A stretch of 64,000 nt of DNA from an uncultured Prevotella sp. Lineage in GTDB: Bacteria > Bacteroidota > Bacteroidia > Bacteroidales > Bacteroidaceae. The stretch's first letter is position 1, and every line of letters begins with the position of its first letter. Below the pieces are notes generated by a model. That model was not told the DNA's origin and made no database searches. It saw only the letters and a program-made list of their open reading frames with translations. This document shows positions 56,920 to 64,000 of the stretch, one piece after another. The stretch spans positions 7,242 to 71,241 of the forward strand of contig ONKL01000003.1 of NCBI GenBank assembly GCA_900318395.1, in the 5' to 3' direction. A program made the translations under genes and the position numbers.

Positions 56920-58566
56920 TTACATCTTGCTAAATTCATCCTTCAACCAATCCATACGATGATCCAACCATTCCTTCATAGTGGACACCTCTCTCTCAAA
57001 ATATTTCATACCATTTTCGGCAGGACCATAGGACTCATAAATATCCCATTTGTTATTATTCTCTCGGGCAGAATACTTCAAATACTGCGCATTCTCATCG
57101 ATCTCCTTCATGAAGTCACTCTTATGAGCATAGAAATAGGTATAACGATCTTTCACCTTGGCAACAAATGCAGGATCCTGGAAAAGACGGTCAAACCACT
57201 TGGCTTTCTTCACGACAAAGCCATCCACGCTATTGTCTTCACCAGCTCCGAACCCATTCCTAAAGTCCCAAAGAGGACCCATTTTCAGTTTCTCGCCATT
57301 CTTCTTATACATGTAGCAATTATGCTGGAAAACAGCATCGTTGTTCTTAGCAATCTCATTGATGAGATACCATTCGACAAATGAATCGATATCCATATAT
57401 TTCTGCCATCCCATCTGTTCAGTTGTAAATGCTGCCGAGAACAAAGCCTCCTCGGCACTATTCAGGAATTTGCGGATATAGACATATTTCGAATCACCAG
57501 TCATCACCGAAGGAGCCAGGATACTGACAGGCTGCTCCAGTGTGTTATATGCCATAGAAATACCAGTTGTTGATTCATCAACCTTCAAGAGATAACCGTC
57601 GATTCCGATATTTACCCTCGAACTGGACACTTCAAGACGATCACCCAGTCTATAGCAACCGTAATAACGGCCATTAAGCATGAGGTCAACGAAGTGGAAT
57701 CTGGGCGTAAAGTCCAAATTACTGATGCTACCCATGAAAAGTCCTATCTGTGAGCGAATCAATGTCTTGTCATCTCTATTTGCCGACAGTTCCCAGTCTG
57801 TATCGGCTGGTTCATCCAGCAACGACAAGCTGCTATTCAAATTGATGACATAGTCATTCTTGGCCATCTGGCCTGAAGAATGTATCTTTGAGATATAATA
57901 AACGGGATTAATGCCCTTGATCCTCATATCGGTCTCAATCACATCACCTGCTGCTCGTGTCTTCACATCTTCAACCAGTTTCATATGGGCATTATAATAC
58001 CAGTTGGATTTGATGATATCAGCACGGCCAGCCGTCTCTATCCACAAGAGAGGCAGACCTGTATAAGAATGCACATAAACAGTATAGCTGACAGATTTCT
58101 GCTTACCTTTGATGACCAAAGTAACCGGTTTGCTGAAGTCAACTGCCGTCTTACCGCTTTCGACGTTCCGACCATCCAATGTCAGGCTCTCACCAAAAAA
58201 TTCGAAACGCGGAATCAGCGTCTTGTCACTCATAATATTCGAAACCCAGCAATCCACAATATTGTCATCGAGGATCACACACTTCGCATCTTCAACAAGC
58301 TGCATACTATTTTCGGATGACAGGAACTCGAAAGACAACAATTCTGCAGTATCTAACTTGTCTTTTAGATCGTCGATTTGATCTTGAGTGTTATCAATGT
58401 CCTCACGCAGCTGATCGCCTTCTTTCTTCAGCTCATTCTCCTTGTCCTTCAGGGTCTGTCCTTCCTTTTCCAATTGAGCTATACGATCTTCTATTTCTTC
58501 CTGATCCGAACTGCAAGAGAAAAGGCAAGCCAATACCATCAAAGAAAAAAATGCCTTCTTTACCAT
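56920..58566 (-). CDS. CotH-like lipoprotein paralog with degenerate catalytic motifs
   Basis: Lipobox LFSC; coiled coil; KGINP, KNDYVI, PLWDFRNGFG. Confidence 0.85.
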   Translation of the reverse strand: MVKKAFFSLMVLACLFSCSSDQEEIEDRIAQLEKEGQTLKDKENELKKEGDQLREDIDNTQDQIDDLKDKLDTAELLSFEFLSSENSMQLVEDAKCVILDDNIVDCWVSNIMSDKTLIPRFEFFGESLTLDGRNVESGKTAVDFSKPVTLVIKGKQKSVSYTVYVHSYTGLPLLWIETAGRADIIKSNWYYNAHMKLVEDVKTRAAGDVIETDMRIKGINPVYYISKIHSSGQMAKNDYVINLNSSLSLLDEPADTDWELSANRDDKTLIRSQIGLFMGSISNLDFTPRFHFVDLMLNGRYYGCYRLGDRLEVSSSRVNIGIDGYLLKVDESTTGISMAYNTLEQPVSILAPSVMTGDSKYVYIRKFLNSAEEALFSAAFTTEQMGWQKYMDIDSFVEWYLINEIAKNNDAVFQHNCYMYKKNGEKLKMGPLWDFRNGFGAGEDNSVDGFVVKKAKWFDRLFQDPAFVAKVKDRYTYFYAHKSDFMKEIDENAQYLKYSARENNNKWDIYESYGPAENGMKYFEREVSTMKEWLDHRMDWLKDEFSKM

Positions 58567-58714
58567 ACTCAAATTCTTATTATTATCCAGACTTTATGAC
58601 TCGAGTTTACGATTTCCGCTGCAAAATTAGTTATTTTTTTGTAATTTGATACACTTTCGCTCATCTTTTTGTATAAAAACGAGTGTTTTTTATACTCTTA
58701 TTCCTACTTTCAAC

Positions 58715-58748
58715 AAAAAAGGGCAACCTTTTTGACTGGTTGCCCTTT
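58715..58748 (-). terminator. intrinsic terminator after ackA
   Basis: AAAGGGCAACC / GGTTGCCCTTT stem with a U-tract on the minus strand. Confidence 0.85.
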
Positions 58749-58766
58749 AAAAATGGATTATCTTTT

Positions 58767-59957
58767 TTATAATAGATTCATCGTATCGGTAGCAATCATC
58801 AATTCCTCATCAGTAGGAATAACGACAACCTTTACCTTAGAATCATCTGCTGAGATAACAGCTTCCTCGCCACGGACATTATTCTTCGACTCATCGAACT
58901 TGACGCCCAGGAACTCCAAGCCCTTGCAGACTTCAGAACGCATGCTGACCTGATTCTCACCAACGCCAGCGGTGAAGACAATAACGTCGAGACCACCCAT
59001 AGCAGCAGCATAGGCACCAATATACTTCTTAATACGATAGAAATACATATCCTGAGCCAGTTTTGCACGCTCATCACCGTTCTTTGCTGCATTTTCAACA
59101 TCACGCATATCGCTGGAGCCACCAGTGATACCAGCCACACCACTCTTCTTATTGAGCAGGTTGCTCATACCGTCTGCATCAAGACCCAGTTTCTTCTCGA
59201 TGAAGGTCACTGCACCACCATCGATATCGCCTGCGCGAGTACCCATCACAAGACCTTCCAGAGGTGTAAGACCCATAGAGGTGTCGATGCACTTACCATC
59301 CACAACGGCAGCAATAGAACCACCATTACCTACGTGGCAGGTCACCATCTTGGTTCCCTCTGCAGGAATACCCAAGAATTCGCAGGCACGGGCACTTACA
59401 TAACGGTGAGAAGTGCCGTGGAACCCATAGCGACGGATGCCGTACTTCTCATAAAGCTCATAAGGAATGGCATACATATAAGCCTTAGGAGGCATTGTCT
59501 GATGGAAAGCAGTATCGAACACACCCACCTGAGGCAGGCCAGGCATAAGTTCCTTCACTGCATTGACACCCTTCAGGTTTGCGGGGTTATGCAGGGGAGC
59601 CAGGTCAGAGCAAGCCTCGAAAACCTTCAGTACCTCGTCAGTGAGGACAACAGACTTATTGAACTTCTCACCACCATGCACCATACGATGACCAACAGCG
59701 TCGATCTCATCAAGGCTCTTGATCACACCTATCTCAGGATCAGTGAGCAGAGAGAAAATGAACTTCACACCTTCTGTATGCTCAGGGATATCGTGCATAA
59801 TCTGCTTCTTCTCGCCATTGGCCAGCTTCACCTTTACAAAAGCTCCGTCCAAGCCAACACGCTCTGCACCACCACTAGTCATCACGCTCTTGTCGTCCAT
59901 GTTGTACAAAGCATACTTAATAGACGAAGAACCACAGTTTAAAACTAATATCTTCAT
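58767..59957 (-). CDS. ackA: acetate kinase
   Basis: VLNCGSSS.K, GHRMVHGG, APLHNP, FDTAFH, YGFHGTSH. Confidence 0.97.
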   Translation of the reverse strand: MKILVLNCGSSSIKYALYNMDDKSVMTSGGAERVGLDGAFVKVKLANGEKKQIMHDIPEHTEGVKFIFSLLTDPEIGVIKSLDEIDAVGHRMVHGGEKFNKSVVLTDEVLKVFEACSDLAPLHNPANLKGVNAVKELMPGLPQVGVFDTAFHQTMPPKAYMYAIPYELYEKYGIRRYGFHGTSHRYVSARACEFLGIPAEGTKMVTCHVGNGGSIAAVVDGKCIDTSMGLTPLEGLVMGTRAGDIDGGAVTFIEKKLGLDADGMSNLLNKKSGVAGITGGSSDMRDVENAAKNGDERAKLAQDMYFYRIKKYIGAYAAAMGGLDVIVFTAGVGENQVSMRSEVCKGLEFLGVKFDESKNNVRGEEAVISADDSKVKVVVIPTDEELMIATDTMNLL

Positions 59958-59996
59958 TATTTCTTAACTTCTTAACTACATAACTTCTTTAACAAC
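59958..59996 (-). repeat. degenerate octamer repeat (GAAGTTAA)n at the pta-ackA junction
   Basis: ttcttaac ttcttaac tacataac ttcttt on the plus strand. Confidence 0.65.
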
Positions 59997-61007
59997 TCAC
60001 TTCTTAGCGTCCATGGCCTGGCAAGAGGTGATGGCAATCATGTAATAGATGTCGTCAATAGAGCAACCACGTGACAGGTCGTTTACCGGACGGGCAATAC
60101 CTTGCAGAACAGGACCGATAGCAATTGCATCGCCCAAGCGCTGAACCATCTTATAACCGATGTTACCTACCTCGAGGTTAGGGAATACCAGCACATTAGC
60201 CTTTCCTGCAATATCAGAGCCTGGAGCCTTCTTTGCGCCTACTGATGGAACCAAGGCGGCATCAGCCTGCAGCTCACCGTCGATCTTCAGAGAAGGATCG
60301 AGTTCCTTAGCCAGACGAGTGGCTTCAATAACCTTATCAACTACTTCGTGCTTAGCAGAGCCCTTTGTTGAGAAGCTGAGCATAGCTACGCGAGGCTCTT
60401 CGAATCCAGCCACAGCCTTTGCCATCTGAGCGGTACATACAGCAATCTGCGAGAGCTGGTTGGCATCAGGCATTGGGGTTACGGCTACGTCGGCTACAAC
60501 GAGCACACCATCCTCACCATACTGCTTCTGCTTTGAGATCAGCAACAGTCCACCGCTGACGCAAGTGATGCCAGGCTGGCACTTGATAATCTGAAGAGCA
60601 GGACGCAAAGTATCACCAGTGGTAGAAAGAGCGCCGGAAATCTGACCATCAGCACCTTCGGTCTTGATAATCATACAACCAAGATAGAGAGGATTCTTAA
60701 TCAGCTTGCGAGCTTCCTCGATGGTCATGCCTTTCGATTTACGAATCTCTGCCAGTTTCTCTGCCAGTTCCTCGCTCTTCTCATAATTCTCAGGATCGAT
60801 AAGAGTAGCCTTACCGATATTGGTAAGTCCCTTCTCCTTTGCGAGAGCCTCAACCTTGGCGGGATTACCTATCAGGATGATGTCTGCGATATCATCACCA
60901 ATAGCCTTGTCGGCTGCACAAAGTGTACGCTCCTCTTCTGCCTCTGGGAGCACGATGCGCTGCTTGTTACTCTTAGCACGCGCTACAATTTGACTTAATA
61001 AATCCAT
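59997..61007 (-). CDS. pta: phosphate acetyltransferase
   Basis: IVLPE, LSFSTKGS, DGELQADAAL, GNIGYK, PVNDLSRG. Confidence 0.96.
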   Translation of the reverse strand: MDLLSQIVARAKSNKQRIVLPEAEEERTLCAADKAIGDDIADIILIGNPAKVEALAKEKGLTNIGKATLIDPENYEKSEELAEKLAEIRKSKGMTIEEARKLIKNPLYLGCMIIKTEGADGQISGALSTTGDTLRPALQIIKCQPGITCVSGGLLLISKQKQYGEDGVLVVADVAVTPMPDANQLSQIAVCTAQMAKAVAGFEEPRVAMLSFSTKGSAKHEVVDKVIEATRLAKELDPSLKIDGELQADAALVPSVGAKKAPGSDIAGKANVLVFPNLEVGNIGYKMVQRLGDAIAIGPVLQGIARPVNDLSRGCSIDDIYYMIAITSCQAMDAKK

Positions 61008-61118
61008 AGTTTGTTATTTAAAATGTTAGAATTGTCAAAGTGAGATTGCAAAATTACAAAATTAAACCGAAATCCGTGCAGGAATCAGATTATTTTTCAG
61101 AATTTTAAATGAAAACCT

Positions 61119-61910
61119 TTACGTGAGTTCCAACAGTTCGTCCGTCAGGAAGATCTCCAGCTCCTCTGCAGTCATGTGGAGTTTGAACTCGCCCTTGATG
61201 GCGACAGAGATGCCGCCAGTCTCCTCAGAGACCACGATAGCGAGTGCGTCCGTCTCCTGAGAGATTCCCATGGCAGCACGATGGCGTAAGCCCAACTCTT
61301 TTGGAATACTCAGGTCGTGGCTGACTGGCAAGATACAACCTGCAGCCCTGATGCGCTTGCCTTTGACAATCATCGCACCATCATGCAAGGGAGCATTCTT
61401 AAAGAAGATATTTTCAATGAGCTGCTGATTGATATTGGCATCAATATTATCGCCAGTTGCCACTATATCATCAAGTGACATTTCACGCTCTACAATGATC
61501 AAAGCGCCGACCTTCCCTTTGCTCATATTGATAACAGCCATTACAATAGGGATCACCGTTATCATCGCTTCACGACGACCTGCTTCCTTATCCAACTCTT
61601 TCTTGTTGAAGAACCTTTTTATTGCTTTTACACGCTGATGAGCGCCCAGATTATAAAGGAATTTGCGTATCTCATCCTGGAACAGCACAATCAGGACTAT
61701 CACGCCCACACTGACCAGTTTATCAAGGATAGAGCCTAGCAGTTTCATCTGCATGATACGCGACACGAACAACCACGTAATGACAAATACCAGAATACCT
61801 ATAAAGACATTCAGCGAACGCGATTCACGCATCAGCCGATAGATATAATAGAGCATCGTAGCAACAAGGAAGATGTCTATCAGGTCCTTGATTCCAAATT
61901 CGAAAAACAT
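61119..61910 (-). CDS. cdaA: diadenylate cyclase CdaA/DacA
   Basis: Three TM helices; PLHDGA; LGLRHRAA; VSEETG. Confidence 0.93.
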   Translation of the reverse strand: MFFEFGIKDLIDIFLVATMLYYIYRLMRESRSLNVFIGILVFVITWLFVSRIMQMKLLGSILDKLVSVGVIVLIVLFQDEIRKFLYNLGAHQRVKAIKRFFNKKELDKEAGRREAMITVIPIVMAVINMSKGKVGALIIVEREMSLDDIVATGDNIDANINQQLIENIFFKNAPLHDGAMIVKGKRIRAAGCILPVSHDLSIPKELGLRHRAAMGISQETDALAIVVSEETGGISVAIKGEFKLHMTAEELEIFLTDELLELT

Positions 61911-62689
61911 ATGTTTTGATATAATTTGATACACTCCATAGCCTCCTTCACATCATGAACACGCAAGATGGAGGCACCTTTCATCAGAGCTACAGTGTTC
62001 AGCACTGTCGTTCCATTCAGCGATTCCTTCGGCGTACACCCCAGCGCCTTGAAAATCATAGACTTGCGGGAAACGCCCACTAGCAGAGGAAGTTCCATAA
62101 CACATAGCTTTTCAAGCTCATTCAGGATCTGATAGTTCTGCTCCAGGGTCTTACCAAAGCCAAAGCCTGGATCAAGAATGATGTCTTTGGCACCCAGGTC
62201 CCGCAAGTGCTGGACACTTTCTGCAAATGTGAGCAATACCTCACGAATAGAGGAATGCTGTGACGTTAATATATAAGGTACGCGCAAGCGAGAAATCATT
62301 CTGAACATATCAGAATTCCCCCCACTGATATCATTAATCATGTTAACCCCAAACTCCTCAACAGCCATACGGGCTATATCGGGATGGAAAGTATCAACAG
62401 AGACCACAGAATATGGTAATTCACGGCGAACGACATCCAGACCAAAGCGGAGACGTTCCATCTCTTCCGACTCAGACACCTCAGATGCTCCTGGGCGTGT
62501 GGAGCAGGCTCCTACATCAATCATGGTCGCACCTTCTGCAACTATCTGATTGGCACGTTCAGCAATCTCACGCTCCGTCTGCATCCGACTTCCTTCATAG
62601 AAAGAGTCAGGCGTTACGTTCAGGATACCCATCACCTGAGGCTGGGAGAGATCCATCAATCGGCCATTCACATTAATCGTATAATCCAT
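61880..62689 (-). CDS. folP: dihydropteroate synthase
   Basis: MGILNVTPDSF, STRPG, DPGFGFGK, SRKS, RVHDV. Confidence 0.96.
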   Translation of the reverse strand: MDYTINVNGRLMDLSQPQVMGILNVTPDSFYEGSRMQTEREIAERANQIVAEGATMIDVGACSTRPGASEVSESEEMERLRFGLDVVRRELPYSVVSVDTFHPDIARMAVEEFGVNMINDISGGNSDMFRMISRLRVPYILTSQHSSIREVLLTFAESVQHLRDLGAKDIILDPGFGFGKTLEQNYQILNELEKLCVMELPLLVGVSRKSMIFKALGCTPKESLNGTTVLNTVALMKGASILRVHDVKEAMECIKLYQNICFSNLESRT

Positions 62690-62697
62690 TTCGCCCA

Positions 62698-62798
62698 CAA
62701 AGATACGAATAATTATCCACTAAGTACAAAAAGAACCCGATTTTTTATTGATTTTTCGCCTCCTTTGTATTCTTAGTGAACAAATTTCACTATCTTTG
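62698..62798. promoter_or_regulatory. divergent promoters for folP and murF
   Basis: CAAAGATA 62698-62705 (minus); TATCTTTG 62791-62798 (plus). Confidence 0.7.
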
Positions 62799-62820
62799 CA
62801 CCAAAATTAAGAAAGATCAT

Positions 62821-64000
62821 ATGGATATTCAAGAACTTTATCAATTATACCAGCAGCACCCATGCATCACGACCGACAGCCGTGATTGCCCGGAAGGAAG
62901 TATCTTCCTGGCCCTGAAAGGCGAATCGTTCGACGGAAACAAATTTGCAGTTTCTGCTCTTGAGAAGGGATGCGCCTATGCCATAATCGACAATCCAGAA
63001 TACAAACAAGACGACCGTTTCATCCTGGTAAATGACTGCTTGCAGACTTTTAAGGATTTGGCAAGGGAACACAGGAGGCAGTTTAACATCCCTGTGATTG
63101 GCATCACTGGTACTAACGGGAAGACTACGACCAAAGAACTCATTGCTGCTGTACTGCAACAGAAATACAATGTGCTTTATACCCAAGGCAATTTCAATAA
63201 CGATGTTGGCGTACCCAAGACTCTGTTCCGTCTGAATAAAGAACACGAGATAGCCGTGATCGAAATGGGAGCCAGTCATCCTGGAGACATCAAGACACTG
63301 GCAGAGACTGCTGAGCCCACCTGCGGACTGATCACCAACGTCGGGAAAGCCCATCTTCAGGGATTCGGTTCCTTCGAAGGTGTCATCAAGACCAAATGCG
63401 AGCTGTATGATTTCCTGCGCAGCCGTGAGGACGGCTTGGTATTCCTCAATGCAGACAACGAGAACCTTGTCGACCAGATTGCCGAGGAGGATACACTATG
63501 GATATCGCCCTACTCGACTGATCCCGAGAAGCAATACACCTGTATCAGCGGCGAGATCGTCTCTTGCGCTCCATTCCTGAAATTCCGATGGAGAGAACCG
63601 TTGATGACACTCGAAGAAGAGGGACGCTCCACGAAATGGCACAAGGTACAGACACAGCTCATCGGCTCCTACAACATCGACAATCTGCTGGCCGCCATTG
63701 CCGTAGGTATTAACTTTGGTGTTGACCGTAAACAGATTTGTGCAGCTCTTGAGAACTATACACCATCGAATAATCGTTCTCAAATGACGGTAACAGCCCA
63801 GAACCATCTCATCGTTGATGCCTATAATGCCAACCCCTCGAGTATGCAGGCCGCCTTGGAGAATTTCAAACTGATGGAGGCTCAGCATAAGATGGTCATT
63901 ATTGGAGACATGCGAGAGCTTGGAGACGTATCGGCAGAAGAGCACCAGCGGATTGTGGACTACCTGTCGACCATTGATCTGGAAACCGTTTGGCTCGTAG
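62821..64000 (+). CDS. murF: UDP-MurNAc-tripeptide--D-Ala-D-Ala ligase, 3' truncated by the window
   Basis: Hand translation: TTDSR, ITGTNGKTTTKE, NFNNDVGVP, EMGASH, DAYNANPSSM, GDMRELG. Confidence 0.95.
   Translation, partial: MDIQELYQLYQQHPCITTDSRDCPEGSIFLALKGESFDGNKFAVSALEKGCAYAIIDNPEYKQDDRFILVNDCLQTFKDLAREHRRQFNIPVIGITGTNGKTTTKELIAAVLQQKYNVLYTQGNFNNDVGVPKTLFRLNKEHEIAVIEMGASHPGDIKTLAETAEPTCGLITNVGKAHLQGFGSFEGVIKTKCELYDFLRSREDGLVFLNADNENLVDQIAEEDTLWISPYSTDPEKQYTCISGEIVSCAPFLKFRWREPLMTLEEEGRSTKWHKVQTQLIGSYNIDNLLAAIAVGINFGVDRKQICAALENYTPSNNRSQMTVTAQNHLIVDAYNANPSSMQAALENFKLMEAQHKMVIIGDMRELGDVSAEEHQRIVDYLSTIDLETVWLV

Noticed and set aside
14637-62698. N-terminal extensions in the ORF track (argD, proA, VirE, 38612, 37080, PASTA, SufT, PfkB kinase)
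   Set aside because: They overlap -7 promoter elements or upstream genes, so downstream ATGs were used.
1-64000. tRNA, rRNA, riboswitch, integrase or IS transposase
   Set aside because: None recognised by eye; tRNAscan-SE, Infernal and ISEScan would be needed to exclude them formally.

Overview
Bacteroidales (Prevotella-like) chromosomal window, judged from TAnnTTTG/TTTG promoters, susCD and gene content. Layout: (1) two orphan ORFs and an origin-like repeat block (1-1.7 kb). (2) An AT-rich 10-gene envelope-signalling cluster (1.8-14.5 kb): LRR-lipocalin, FHA, two atypical membrane Ser/Thr kinases, membrane PP2C, FHA-TM, FHA-FHA-TM-trypsin protease and three secreted repeat proteins. This is the best candidate for an undescribed system. 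(3) An arg/pro operon with candidate ARG boxes (14.6-24.1 kb). (4) Three paralogous DUF6057-like membrane-TPR plus CxxCH TolB-like lipoprotein pairs (24.2-38.5 kb), interrupted by an Rpn nuclease and a BT4734/VirE primase-helicase with 21-23 bp arrays; two of the lipoprotein genes share a 119-bp inverted repeat. (5) A CAZyme-free susCD-lipoprotein locus (38.6-45.3 kb). (6) Housekeeping genes (ddl, rluD, rpmH, efp, radC, lpxH, ackA, pta, cdaA, folP, murF) plus a CotH kinase/probable pseudokinase lipoprotein pair. 7-8 bp simple repeats fill gene junctions and also encode several signal peptides. No tRNA, rRNA, CRISPR array or integrase was recognised. All family calls come from reading motifs by eye; no searches were run.
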